From the IMG/VR virus record IMGVR_UViG_3300008255_000097, positions 123,225 through 187,224 of that record: a stretch of 64,000 nt of DNA, one strand, 5' to 3'. Shown here piece after piece: positions 30,665 through 40,444 of the stretch; position 1 is the stretch's first letter, and the number at the start of each line of letters is the position of its first letter. The DNA is from a virus. Below the pieces are notes generated by a model. It made no database searches, was not told the DNA's origin, and worked only from the letters and a program-made list of their open reading frames with translations. The translations under genes were made by a program, and so were the position numbers.

Positions 30665-30880
30665 TTAAAGTAATTCACATATATTCTCACTAATAATGTC
30701 CAATAGCTGCTCATTCGTAATGAGGGAATTTTGTCTAAGTATACCTTGTCTGTCCTTTATCAATAAGTATCTATCCCCTATTTGCCTAAAAGCTATATCA
30801 TATGAAAATATCCCTGGAGGTGTTAGAGCTTTTCCGTTGAATGTGCGGACATCTCCTTCTTTATAAATCTTAATGGTCAT
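30665..30880 (-). CDS. hypothetical protein
   Basis: 71-aa ORF. Confidence 0.3.
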   Translation of the reverse strand: MTIKIYKEGDVRTFNGKALTPPGIFSYDIAFRQIGDRYLLIKDRQGILRQNSLITNEQLLDIISENICELL

Positions 30881-31475
30881 AGTATTCCCTGTAGTAACTA
30901 ACTATATCGTCATCGCTTAGAGCCGTACCTCGACGCCAGAACTTATTCGGATCGTGATCTACCAAGTATAAATGCTTCTCTCCCTTGAATACACCTGGAT
31001 GTAGACATAGATGATCTTCAACAGAAGGATTACCAACACCTCTCCGAATTAAAATCTTCGCTTCCTTCAACAATAGCTCATATATAGTCTTCCAATCATC
31101 CTCTTCAAATCCACCTTTATCATCCAGAATAATATCATAGTAAAACTTCTTGCTAAAATCGGCATACCCTCTTGATGCACATTCAGAGTTCTCATTCAAA
31201 TAATCTATCTTTATTCCGTTATCCTTAAACATCTTAAATACACCTGTTAGACTATCTTCCGATGTAGATGTATATAGAATGATGCACATATCAGGTCTCA
31301 TAGTCAACATACGGAGAACGTAAGGAGCAAAGCGAAACATACGCTCTGGGGTACGATTAGCATCATAGGTTGGAGCGATAATGGTGCTGTGCAAATCAAT
31401 GCACCAATATAGCTTTTTCCATCCTTTTTGCTCTCTACAATTAAGCGCGCGTTGAACTATGTTTGTAATATTCAT
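30870..31475 (-). CDS. hypothetical protein
   Basis: 201-aa ORF. Confidence 0.4.
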   Translation of the reverse strand: MNITNIVQRALNCREQKGWKKLYWCIDLHSTIIAPTYDANRTPERMFRFAPYVLRMLTMRPDMCIILYTSTSEDSLTGVFKMFKDNGIKIDYLNENSECASRGYADFSKKFYYDIILDDKGGFEEDDWKTIYELLLKEAKILIRRGVGNPSVEDHLCLHPGVFKGEKHLYLVDHDPNKFWRRGTALSDDDIVSYYREYYDH

Positions 31476-31686
31476 TTGTTACTGTTGGTATCCCATTGGA
31501 TGAATATGTAGTGTATGCTATTACACCAGGTTTAACATCAACTGGTACCGCTAACATTTTATTGGTAGTAGTTCGATTATCTTTGCACCATCTTAATACA
31601 GCCTTCTGTAGTGTTTTTGCCTTAACAAAACTCAGGTGTATTATACCAGCGTCATCAATATACTTAATTTTAAATTTCTTTTTCAT
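31441..31686 (-). CDS. hypothetical protein
   Basis: 81-aa ORF. Confidence 0.3.
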   Translation of the reverse strand: MKKKFKIKYIDDAGIIHLSFVKAKTLQKAVLRWCKDNRTTTNKMLAVPVDVKPGVIAYTTYSSNGIPTVTNEYYKHSSTRA

Positions 31687-31687
31687 A

Positions 31688-32164
31688 TCATTTACTTAAA
31701 TTAAAATCAATTGAATCAAACCTCTCTACGACTGTTTGTTCCTTCTTCTTTTGTTCCGTCGTTATTTTCTTTTGTTCAACTTCTTTTGGAGGATCATCCG
31801 GTACAATTTTAATTGTATCCCATTTGACATTTTGATACATAGGTTTAAGATGATAGGCATTACATAAATATGAAGTATATTCTATCACTCCTGGTTTAAT
31901 ATCAATAATAAACTCATACATTCCGTTCTTATCCTTAGTGCAGAACGAATAATGAATAGTATATATTGATTCTATATGAGTGTCCTGTCTCTTCACACAA
32001 ACAACAAGTATAGGATATTTATTTACTTGACTACCGTTAAGTGTAAATGTCATTTCTGCACCCGCAGATGATAGTATAAGTATTAACAGTGATATAATCA
32101 TAACAACTATACGCTTCATTTTAACTCCTTGATATATTGCTGCACATACCACAATTGTCCGCAC
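31688..32164 (-). CDS. hypothetical secreted/membrane protein
   Basis: Signal-peptide-like RIVVMIISLLILILSSAGA. Confidence 0.4.
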   Translation of the reverse strand: MRTIVVCAAIYQGVKMKRIVVMIISLLILILSSAGAEMTFTLNGSQVNKYPILVVCVKRQDTHIESIYTIHYSFCTKDKNGMYEFIIDIKPGVIEYTSYLCNAYHLKPMYQNVKWDTIKIVPDDPPKEVEQKKITTEQKKKEQTVVERFDSIDFNLSK

Positions 32165-33003
32165 CCACCTCCAATATCATCTTGACCAGCAGGATCAAAA
32201 ATTCGAGTGTCATATCCCTCCTGCATAAAGATCTTTTCGAACGCATTTATATGTTCGATATTTCTGTATGCAGTTTCTTTCATATTTTCATCTGCAGAAC
32301 ATACAACAGAAAAGGTGAAACAAAATACAGTTGGTGGAAATCTATTTATTAAATTTTCAGCATCTTTAATACTATTATTAGATCCATTAATACAATAGTT
32401 ACAGTAGGGCTTTCTACCGGTTTCTTTCCACCATTCAATTCCATAATTGCGAATCTCATTTAAGTTTAACTTGCTTTTATATGGTATAAGAATATCTCGA
32501 GCAACATCCGTTGATTCATGAATAGAAAATTGTAATCCGATGCGAGGATCATTTTTACATAATTCTATAAAATGCTTCATCTGTGGTACTCTATACGGTG
32601 CAATAGTAGAAATGAGGAGCTGTACATTTTCGAATTGTGGGTCATTGAATCCCTTCATTAGTACAGATGCTACACAACTATAATTAAGAAAGGGCTCTCC
32701 CATACTCATAAACATAATTTGGAATTTTTCAACCTTTTCACCGTGAATATCTTTATCTTTGAGGATGTAGTTTACTTGAGCCATTATTTCATCCGGAGTC
32801 AGATTTCTAATAAAAGTTTTGCCTGTGCCGCAAAATGTACAACCAACAGGGCATCCAGATTGAACTGATACACAAATTACTGTACGCTCCTCAAATGAAC
32901 CATACCTGTAAAGTACAGCTTCAGCAACAGCATCATTTAGTATAAATACATATTTCCAAACATTACCTTCTGAGCTTTCGAAAACTTTTACATCTTTCAG
33001 CAT
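32116..33003 (-). CDS. radical SAM enzyme (RlmN/Cfr-like RNA methyltransferase)
   Basis: SVQSGCPVGCTFCGTG (CxxxCxxC) and FMSMGEPFLNY resemble RlmN motifs. Start placed at the ATG at 33003..33001 to avoid overlapping the upstream pilin gene. Confidence 0.55.
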   Translation of the reverse strand: MLKDVKVFESSEGNVWKYVFILNDAVAEAVLYRYGSFEERTVICVSVQSGCPVGCTFCGTGKTFIRNLTPDEIMAQVNYILKDKDIHGEKVEKFQIMFMSMGEPFLNYSCVASVLMKGFNDPQFENVQLLISTIAPYRVPQMKHFIELCKNDPRIGLQFSIHESTDVARDILIPYKSKLNLNEIRNYGIEWWKETGRKPYCNYCINGSNNSIKDAENLINRFPPTVFCFTFSVVCSADENMKETAYRNIEHINAFEKIFMQEGYDTRIFDPAGQDDIGGGCGQLWYVQQYIKELK

Positions 33004-33004
33004 A

Positions 33005-33478
33005 TCACTCCTCACTCTTAAGCTGTGTATGGAAAAAATCATCAAAATCAGAATCAAATGTTTTGTTTGCTTTAATAGAAGACTCTTTATGGCGCATGTC
33101 CTGTGTCTCTGATAACGGTAAAGGAGCATACACAACTACCTCTATATCTCGTTTTAGAGGATTATCTGCAACCTTAGCCACCGTCTCAGTCAGATCATTC
33201 GGATCAACCGTATCAAAAAACAAACCATCGTCGTACTCTATACGTACTCTAAAATCATCTCTACTAACCCATTTTGTAATTTTTGTTATTTTTGCTTTAC
33301 CTTTGTGTGGAGCAACATCGACATAATTGTAGCAAAAACTATCAAATTTAAATCCTAGCTCTTTTACTTCTGCTCTTCGGCTTGTCTGAACACAGCTTGG
33401 AACGAACAGTGCAAGAAGTAACCCGATGATAGCTAATACTATCAAAACCTCTATAAACGTAAATCCTTTATTTTTCAT
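33005..33478 (-). CDS. type IV pilin-like (ComGC/pseudopilin-type) protein
   Basis: N-terminal MKNKGFTFIEVLIVLAIIGLLLALFVPS is a prepilin cleavage/methylation motif. Confidence 0.55.
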   Translation of the reverse strand: MKNKGFTFIEVLIVLAIIGLLLALFVPSCVQTSRRAEVKELGFKFDSFCYNYVDVAPHKGKAKITKITKWVSRDDFRVRIEYDDGLFFDTVDPNDLTETVAKVADNPLKRDIEVVVYAPLPLSETQDMRHKESSIKANKTFDSDFDDFFHTQLKSEE

Positions 33479-33555
33479 TTTCTTACCTCTCATATATGAT
33501 ATAAAAAAGAGAGGGAGAAGCAAGTGAATAATGCTTCTCCCTCATATTACGCCTG

Positions 33556-34941
33556 TTAGAGAGCTGCGTTGGCGCGCACTTGATCAAATGTGATCTCGTT
33601 TACCATCAACCCGTTAACAAACACAGGCTTTAGACGGTTAACTGTTGATTCTGTAGCCTCTTCAACTCGTATTGTTTCGAACTGACCGTTATTACTTGTC
33701 AATATCAAACGACCACTCTTCGACTTCTTGCTGGTATCTAACGGATTCTTCTGGATATCATACCACACATCACTACGCTGCTGAGCGCTGCTTTTGAAAG
33801 CAAACCGTTGTGTATCGCGATTAATTTTCTGTAGAAGACCACCGCCCATACCAAATACAATATTGTCTGCACACCAGTGGTTGTTGCGCATGGTATACAG
33901 AATACCGCGAATACCGTTGTAGTCAATACCATCACCCCAAAGCGTACCGACCTTTGGATTAAGCTGGCGATATCCTTTAGCGTTTTTGGTTGAGCCAAAT
34001 ACCGTATCAAGACCTTCCAGCACATCAATTGTTACTGAATCAGGATCACCGGAGTCGGGACGAAATACAACCTTACCATCTCGTGCAAGAATTTGGTCTT
34101 TAAATTCTTTTGCATACTCATCAATGAAGCGACGATAGTTGTATGAGTCGATAACCACACTAAGGATGCCCTTTGGGAATCGATCAAGCATCTGTTTGAA
34201 TACAGCTTTCTCTCCTGATTCACCGCGAGCAGTCATAACACTGTGCTCCGACGCTGGAACACTATATGCAAGACCGTTGATAGGTGCGTCATAATACTCT
34301 CGAGCATACTGCATTGCTGCAATAGTGTCCGTACCCATGAAGTTGACGATGTGACCTGCACCAGCGATGCCTGCTGCTTCACATTGGTTGACACCACGGA
34401 ACCCAAAGTCATGTAACATGAAGTTGAGTGCACCCATGTTGCCGCCAGTTGCCTCTAAATAGTAATTAAGAAGAATCTTAACCTCTCGACTCAAAGACGC
34501 AACAGTCGATGGACCCCAGACGTGTGTAAGGAGTGACTCAAAGTGATTTGTCAATGGAGCACACCGTGGATCGGTATTTTCAACAGTCATCATCACGTTG
34601 TTGATATCAACTGGAGTACCTTCCGGTACAGCCATAATCCTCAACGGAAGTCGCCCGCCATGGACCCTGAGAATATGCTCCCACATCTCGCGATTAAAAT
34701 ATTCAGCACTTCCAAGATGTGCAACGACGAGCTCTTCACCTTCGTCGATATCTTTCTTTGTGATCCCTTTCACTAAATACTCTTTGATGAGATACTGAAG
34801 ACCGAAAAATACGGTCTTGTTGAATGTTGCACCAACCCGTGCTTCAAAGTATGAATAAACTGTCTGTGTATCGCTAGGATACATAGCGTGGTGTAACACT
34901 TTGTAGGAATCGGTTAGTACTGTCAGGTTCTCTTTATTCAT
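33556..34941 (-). CDS. nadV: nicotinamide phosphoribosyltransferase (NAMPT/NadV)
   Basis: N-terminal LTDSYKVLHHAMYP...VYSYFEAR matches the NAMPT signature; 461 aa. Confidence 0.8.
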   Translation of the reverse strand: MNKENLTVLTDSYKVLHHAMYPSDTQTVYSYFEARVGATFNKTVFFGLQYLIKEYLVKGITKKDIDEGEELVVAHLGSAEYFNREMWEHILRVHGGRLPLRIMAVPEGTPVDINNVMMTVENTDPRCAPLTNHFESLLTHVWGPSTVASLSREVKILLNYYLEATGGNMGALNFMLHDFGFRGVNQCEAAGIAGAGHIVNFMGTDTIAAMQYAREYYDAPINGLAYSVPASEHSVMTARGESGEKAVFKQMLDRFPKGILSVVIDSYNYRRFIDEYAKEFKDQILARDGKVVFRPDSGDPDSVTIDVLEGLDTVFGSTKNAKGYRQLNPKVGTLWGDGIDYNGIRGILYTMRNNHWCADNIVFGMGGGLLQKINRDTQRFAFKSSAQQRSDVWYDIQKNPLDTSKKSKSGRLILTSNNGQFETIRVEEATESTVNRLKPVFVNGLMVNEITFDQVRANAAL

Positions 34942-35151
34942 TTTATTTTCCTTTCATGTATCATTAAACCATTACTTGGTTATTTTATTCATCCTCTATT
35001 TCTGCCTCTAACTTTCGACCATCAATTACGTATTGTACTGCTATTCCAGTTGCAGATGAATTACTATCTTTATGATAGATCTCCAATGGAGATTCACAAA
35101 CAACTTCCCATCCATCAGATTCAAGTAAACACTTATCTGTAATGTCCATTT

Positions 35152-35391
35152 TTAACTCCTTGGTGAATGAACTCGTAGTATAGATTGTTGACCTTTGCGA
35201 TTTGTATTCTTTTTGAATTCTTTGAATCCGTCATTAGACACAATCTGTATCGACGGAGCTGTTTTATGCTCCCATACCATTACTCCACAGACTTTTGATG
35301 TAGTGACATTTTTTGCACACATCGAGCATTTATCACTGTTGAGTAGCTCGATTCGTACTTGTTCAATTTCTCTACCGCAACGACATCTCAT
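35152..35391 (-). CDS. zinc-ribbon protein
   Basis: CRCGRE...CSMC. Confidence 0.35.
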   Translation of the reverse strand: MRCRCGREIEQVRIELLNSDKCSMCAKNVTTSKVCGVMVWEHKTAPSIQIVSNDGFKEFKKNTNRKGQQSILRVHSPRS

Positions 35392-35396
35392 AGCTG

Positions 35397-36332
35397 CTAT
35401 ACTTCTTTAGCGGTTTCAGATGGACAAAGAACTTTGTCTTGTAGCGCTTTGTATAGTATGCGATGGTTTGGAACGATATTATCTAATGTAATGTCACTCA
35501 CATTAAACCATTTACATTCTGCGATATCATCCGCAGCGCGAGGTGACCCGAAGAGGTACTCTGTGTAATAAAACAGAGTGCGAATACAATCATCACATGA
35601 CTGGTAACGCCAGTCTTCAATATTGTAGCTTCCGAGGTAATTCTTATATGTGATAGGTGTCGTTTCGATGTCAGGAATCTCTTCAGATAGCTCGCGGTTA
35701 GCAGCAGCTTCGTTATTCTCATCACGACTGTCGACAAACCCTCCTGGGAAGCGCCATAAGATCTCATTCGACTTCCTTGCGAGGAGTACTTGGCTGTGAT
35801 CTGGTTTAATAACAGCTATATCAACGGTCGTATAGACAGTATCAAAACGTTGCCATGAAGCCCAAATAGCACCGTGACGAAATTCACGACATGCATGAAC
35901 TTGGTTCTTGACCATTGCACGGATTTCAGAACCAGATACCCAATGCTCTTGGATAAGCTCCTGGGTATTGTATCGTCCTTTGTAGTGGTCGATAAATGAA
36001 TCACGTCCACCATATAGGGTTACGGATTGCTTTGGACCGACAAGTGACCGGATTTGATCATCGAGCTTCGAACTCCAGATCTCATCGAGTGGTTCGTCTT
36101 TAATATAAGCAACCATAACACTCGGAAATGCTTCGTTGATCATATGCTGACGAGATTGGAAGTCTAGTGGGTCTTCAGAATTGAAGACAGGTGACAATCC
36201 AAGAAAGACGATAACTTTATCGTGCTCATCACAGATGGATTGAATAAGTTCTTTATGCGCCTCATGTAGATCGGGAACTTGAAACCGACCTACAATTATA
36301 CCAACATCAGTTTTATCACGTTTAACCTTCAT
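35397..36332 (-). CDS. natV: bifunctional NMN adenylyltransferase / Nudix hydrolase (NatV-like)
   Basis: GIIVGRFQVPDLHEAHKELI is the NMNAT nucleotidyl-binding motif; C-terminal Nudix box ANRELSEEI. Confidence 0.75.
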   Translation of the reverse strand: MKVKRDKTDVGIIVGRFQVPDLHEAHKELIQSICDEHDKVIVFLGLSPVFNSEDPLDFQSRQHMINEAFPSVMVAYIKDEPLDEIWSSKLDDQIRSLVGPKQSVTLYGGRDSFIDHYKGRYNTQELIQEHWVSGSEIRAMVKNQVHACREFRHGAIWASWQRFDTVYTTVDIAVIKPDHSQVLLARKSNEILWRFPGGFVDSRDENNEAAANRELSEEIPDIETTPITYKNYLGSYNIEDWRYQSCDDCIRTLFYYTEYLFGSPRAADDIAECKWFNVSDITLDNIVPNHRILYKALQDKVLCPSETAKEV

Positions 36333-36430
36333 TGCTTTCTCCTTTATCTAGCGTTGAAAAAAATCGATAAGACGTTAAATTGTTATCTTGTCTTATTGAT
36401 ATAATAATTTATGCTTTTCGCATATGGAAA

Positions 36431-36718
36431 TCAAGCATCAATTTGGTTGGATCTTAATATCTCTAGTTCACGCTGAGCTTTCTGTATCGTTTGTTGTGCT
36501 GCTTTAATTCGATACGCTTCGTGTGCCGCCTTTCGATCCAACTCGCGTTGTTTTTTAACATCAACACGTAGTTTGCACCAGTCTTTAGCAGGAGTTGAAT
36601 CTGTGCAAACAAATTCAAGCTCAACAACTTCAGCATTGGCATACTCGACCATATATTTTTCTGGGCTTTGTGCTAGATGGGAGTTTAATTTGCCTTGACT
36701 TGTCCAGATCTTTCCCAT
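36431..36718 (-). CDS. hypothetical protein
   Basis: 95-aa ORF. Confidence 0.35.
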   Translation of the reverse strand: MGKIWTSQGKLNSHLAQSPEKYMVEYANAEVVELEFVCTDSTPAKDWCKLRVDVKKQRELDRKAAHEAYRIKAAQQTIQKAQRELEILRSNQIDA

Positions 36719-36809
36719 TTTTCCCAGCGAACAGGTGGATAGCCACCGAGTGAAAACAGACCGTCTGACAAACGACGAATTTTAAACATTTTCATTTTTA
36801 CCTCAATAA

Positions 36810-37106
36810 TTAAAACTGAATGTCATTCCATTTGTTTAGTACAGCATTATTTGTTCTTGGAGGAGAAGCAATGATTGTGTTGGTCTTAATAACTTCCACA
36901 GGCATAATAACTTCTTTTACGATAACTCGTTCAGTTACTTGTGTAACTACAACAGTTTTGGCTGTTATACTTGGGGTATTCGTACCTTCCCATATCTCAG
37001 CAATTGCAGTTTTTAATCCTACCACTTCACTGCGCTCGATGGCTGTGCATGCTCTAGTAATTAGCGCAATACATATAAAAAATAAAACTATTTTTAGGAG
37101 GTCCAT
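36810..37106 (-). CDS. hypothetical secreted protein
   Basis: N-terminal signal peptide. Chosen over the overlapping plus-strand ORF because of operon orientation. Confidence 0.35.
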   Translation of the reverse strand: MDLLKIVLFFICIALITRACTAIERSEVVGLKTAIAEIWEGTNTPSITAKTVVVTQVTERVIVKEVIMPVEVIKTNTIIASPPRTNNAVLNKWNDIQF

Positions 37107-37107
37107 T

Positions 37108-37494
37108 TTAGTACGCTGGGAGATTACCAGTTATAAGTTTAATTTTGTCAAAATCTGCAGGTCCAATTGATAGCCCTGTTGTCGTAAGAATAGGTCGACG
37201 TAAAATCTCTGAATAGATAGTATCTTTAAACAGCCAAACCGGTAAACTTACCTGGTTTGCTTCCTTAAAAATGATGTCTAATTCATCAAAATTGTTTACA
37301 GCAAGAACTGATATATACGGATCTTTCATCCAATCTCTTACATCAGGAGGAAAAATATCCTTTATAGTTTTATCTGGATTCTCCCAAATCTTCTGGCGCA
37401 TAAAGTGATCTGAAATATGGGCGGCTTGAGCCATTGCTGCCCCCAGTGAAAGGTGCAGATCGCGTCTAATAATAATTACATGTCGTGTATTCAT
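37108..37494 (-). CDS. peptidyl-tRNA hydrolase, PTH2 family
   Basis: VIIIRRDLHLSLGAAMAQAAHIS matches the Pth2 core (DLxMxxGKxAAQxxHA). Confidence 0.6.
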   Translation of the reverse strand: MNTRHVIIIRRDLHLSLGAAMAQAAHISDHFMRQKIWENPDKTIKDIFPPDVRDWMKDPYISVLAVNNFDELDIIFKEANQVSLPVWLFKDTIYSEILRRPILTTTGLSIGPADFDKIKLITGNLPAY

Positions 37495-37537
37495 AATGTG
37501 TATAATATAGGAAATGAGAAATATTGCAATAAAAAAA

Positions 37538-37963
37538 TTAGCTTGTATATCCTAGCTCTTTAATGTGAGCTTCACATAGAGTTTTATACCAGCCACCCTT
37601 CTTTACTGTTTGACCATATTTACCGCAGATCTCACAAGTTTGCTCGCTGTTACGTTCAGCCGCACCTATTACATGGTAAATAATTTTATCCCAAACATCC
37701 GCATTTTCAAAATTTGGTGGAAATAATACATTGACATAAAATCGAAGACCGCCAAATTTTTCTTTACATTGCTGTGCTATAGTCTGTATACCTGTCATTT
37801 TCTCAATTGCATCCAACTCCTCACACATCTCATCGATTAATTCATACCAACCGTCATCACATTCAAACCCAAAACACATTAAACTTTGTGTCGGTGGTAA
37901 ATCTTTATTCTGAAATATAGTTGGATATTTCTCGTGTAGCTTTTTTGTATTCTCTTTATTCAT
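37538..37963 (-). CDS. hypothetical zinc-binding protein
   Basis: 141 aa; CEICGKYGQ...C. Confidence 0.4.
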   Translation of the reverse strand: MNKENTKKLHEKYPTIFQNKDLPPTQSLMCFGFECDDGWYELIDEMCEELDAIEKMTGIQTIAQQCKEKFGGLRFYVNVLFPPNFENADVWDKIIYHVIGAAERNSEQTCEICGKYGQTVKKGGWYKTLCEAHIKELGYTS

Positions 37964-37983
37964 TATTTATTTCCTATCTAAAA

Positions 37984-38355
37984 TGGTGGACCCGGGGGGA
38001 GTCGAACCCCCGTCCGTATTAGAAGCCGTCATACTTTCGTTCACATGCTTTGCAATGATTTATCGACCCATGCTCGTCTATCTAAGTTATATGCTTTTAG
38101 TAAGCTGATATAGTTCTTTCCACTATTCAAAGTCCAGGTTCATTTACGGTTCTACCTATCTCCGGTCTTTGTAATGACGCTAATAACACTTACCAAGACA
38201 ATCTCAGTGCGTTTGCGGGCTAGGTATCTCTACGCAGCCATTTTGAGTTCAGTGTCGCCACTTAATTCTTGTACCCGGATTTTTTACGAGGCCAACCAGA
38301 TATCCTCGGCATGCAAATATAATCTCTAACCTATACGTCGAAACCAAACGGGCCC
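37984..38355 (-). ncRNA. ssrA: tmRNA (ssrA)
   Basis: 3' end GGACGGGGGTTCGACTCCCCCGGGTCCACCA (T-arm plus acceptor plus CCA); 5' GGGCCCG pairs with CGGGTCC and includes G3-U70; GCATGCCGAGG...GGTTGGCCTCGTAAAAAA aligns to the PK1 region; candidate tag frame GGC GAC ACT GAA CTC AAA ATG GCT GCG TAG. Confidence 0.8.
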
Positions 38356-38562
38356 TTAAATCTCTGCAATAATGTACTCTGCCTTCTTGGCACCTTCAGG
38401 AACACCTTTCTCAAAAAGCTGTTTCCATTCTTGATCTGTGATCTTTGCTGTCGGAATACAAAATATGTTTTCAGTGTCATTCCAGTACATCTGGTGAAAT
38501 ACCTCAAACAGGACTTGATATCCCGTAACAAGTAAAATACAATTTGTTTCAAATACTTTCAT
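38356..38562 (-). CDS. hypothetical small protein
   Basis: 68-aa ORF ending at the tmRNA 5' end. Confidence 0.25.
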   Translation of the reverse strand: MKVFETNCILLVTGYQVLFEVFHQMYWNDTENIFCIPTAKITDQEWKQLFEKGVPEGAKKAEYIIAEI

Positions 38563-38606
38563 AACACATAATATATGATATTACCTACATGAAATCTACA
38601 GAAAAA

Positions 38607-39305
38607 TTAGTTAATTTCTTTTAGTAGCTCCAGTCGCCTGGCTTGAAGTAGTTTATCAACTTGACCACCGACACTATTAACACTAAAAACTTTTAATTGT
38701 GTCTTTTCTCTTTCTTTCGCATAATTCTTAAACCACAGTATGCCGCCTATTTTACATGGCATCTTAAAACAACGCTCAATCAACCGACGATATATCTCTA
38801 GCTGCAATGAAAACTTATCTATTTTATCATCACTAACTCTGTCACCTTTTGGTCTAGGTACAGAAGTCTTTATATCCCATAGCCATATGCAATCTTCATC
38901 TATTTCAATAATGTCAGCTGTACCCGCGATAAGAAACTCTGGATCGTGTAATATGACCTCAGATAATAATTGCCCTTTAAATTTTAACCGTGAAAATTGT
39001 ACAACGAGCGGGGTGAGTTTCTTATCGGTTGGGTATGCTCCTTCATTAATAAAGTCTTCTATTGATTTATGAACTGTTGTACCGAGCGGAGCTGAATCAG
39101 CCCACTGTTGTATAACAGCGTCTTTATCCATGCCATAGTATTTACTTCGTGGATTACAAATAACACGAGTTGCTATGGCTTCTGCATTAAACTCTTCGTC
39201 ACCTTTGATAAATGTAGTAACAGACGTATATTCTTGACCATCTTCGTCAAAATATTTATGCTGTTTAGGATCGAATGTTAGTGGTTTGTATGGTAATTTA
39301 AACAA
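38607..39305 (-). CDS. hypothetical protein
   Basis: 232-aa ORF. Confidence 0.4.
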   Translation of the reverse strand: MFKLPYKPLTFDPKQHKYFDEDGQEYTSVTTFIKGDEEFNAEAIATRVICNPRSKYYGMDKDAVIQQWADSAPLGTTVHKSIEDFINEGAYPTDKKLTPLVVQFSRLKFKGQLLSEVILHDPEFLIAGTADIIEIDEDCIWLWDIKTSVPRPKGDRVSDDKIDKFSLQLEIYRRLIERCFKMPCKIGGILWFKNYAKEREKTQLKVFSVNSVGGQVDKLLQARRLELLKEIN

Positions 39306-39316
39306 TTAGTTAGCTC

Positions 39317-39541
39317 CTACATTAAATCTACTATATGATTTTCGATAAAACTCTGTACATTCTCTTCCGGTATCCAACAGTTATATTCACCACAAGTTTT
39401 AAGTAAACCAGTATCATCTTTTGTTATGAGATAAAATACTTTTTCTACACCTATATATAATTTCTTAAAAACTATATCATATTCACTATATGAATTATCT
39501 CTTGTGTCCTTAGATACATCCTCAACCAGTAAAATTCTCAT
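39317..39541 (-). CDS. hypothetical protein
   Basis: 74-aa ORF. Confidence 0.3.
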   Translation of the reverse strand: MRILLVEDVSKDTRDNSYSEYDIVFKKLYIGVEKVFYLITKDDTGLLKTCGEYNCWIPEENVQSFIENHIVDLM

Positions 39542-39543
39542 AT

Positions 39544-40443
39544 CTAAGCAACCATAGGTTTCAACCTATTTTGTATTCTCTGTTTAAATAGACCAACGGT
39601 TTTTTTGCTTATTGCTGATCGAGCCTCTTTTGTATCTACAATCTCTCCCTCTGCTTCTCTCATCACATCTTCAAGCATTGCCTTGATTACGTCTGGAATA
39701 TTCTCCATGCCTATCCCTTGTGGAAGCTTGTCTAAGACGTGCTCAAGCCTCATCTCAGTAACCCATTCATCAGCGATCTCATTAGCTTCAGTTAATACTT
39801 TAAGTTTCGCTGGATCAATTATCTTTTGAACAGTCTTTCTTTCAGAGAATTTATCACTCTTATGCTTGGCACAAATACGTGATCCATTGTTACCAGTCAT
39901 CTCCATGAGTGGACGTAGCACAACACCTTCACGCAGTAGTGTCTTTCCTTCCGGTAGTTTACTTGTATCGACCTTATTACGGAAACATTGCACTGAATCA
40001 CGATCTCTTTCATGGTCAATCGCTTCTACAGTCGCCGGAATCCTTACATAGTCCACAAATTCTAGATCAAAAGCTTTAGTTACACTCTCAGCATCTAGTA
40101 CACTAAGCCAGCAATCGTCAACTTTTACATCGAAAACTACAAATTTCAATTCTTTACCATACAGGTAACTCATGCCCTGGCATTTGCCGCCATATGCTTC
40201 ACCGTATAGTGTGTAAGTTATAGTCGATGCCGGATCAAGAGCCAAATAACGAGTACGTAGATCTTCTTGATTAAACAAGCCAACGAAATTAGTATGCTTC
40301 TCGCCACCGGAAAAAAATATAATGTCATTAGGTGTTATTTTTACATGTGCACTTGTACCGTGGATTTTTTCCATTGCAAAGCACTCTTTAAACATTAAGA
40401 TATTTTGTTCCTTGTATAGGTTAGAAATGTGCGCGTACCCCAC
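39544..40443 (-). CDS. RNA ligase (Rnl2-like)
   Basis: Motif I MEKIHGTSAHVK matches the KIHGTN adenylation site of T4 Rnl2. Confidence 0.65.
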   Translation of the reverse strand: MGYAHISNLYKEQNILMFKECFAMEKIHGTSAHVKITPNDIIFFSGGEKHTNFVGLFNQEDLRTRYLALDPASTITYTLYGEAYGGKCQGMSYLYGKELKFVVFDVKVDDCWLSVLDAESVTKAFDLEFVDYVRIPATVEAIDHERDRDSVQCFRNKVDTSKLPEGKTLLREGVVLRPLMEMTGNNGSRICAKHKSDKFSERKTVQKIIDPAKLKVLTEANEIADEWVTEMRLEHVLDKLPQGIGMENIPDVIKAMLEDVMREAEGEIVDTKEARSAISKKTVGLFKQRIQNRLKPMVA

Positions 40444-40444
40444 T

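Noticed and set aside
36820-37170. Plus-strand ORF 36820..37170 (116 aa, hydrophobic)
   Set aside because: It overlaps the minus-strand ORF 36810..37106, which fits the operon orientation and has a signal peptide. Only one can be real, and the minus-strand one was kept.
38221-38290. Alternative tmRNA tag frame GCA AAC GCA CTG AGA TTG TCT TGG TAA (ANALRLSW)
   Set aside because: It ends in Trp rather than the usual Ala-Ala and lies too far from PK1. The GGC...GCT GCG TAG frame was preferred, but neither is verified.
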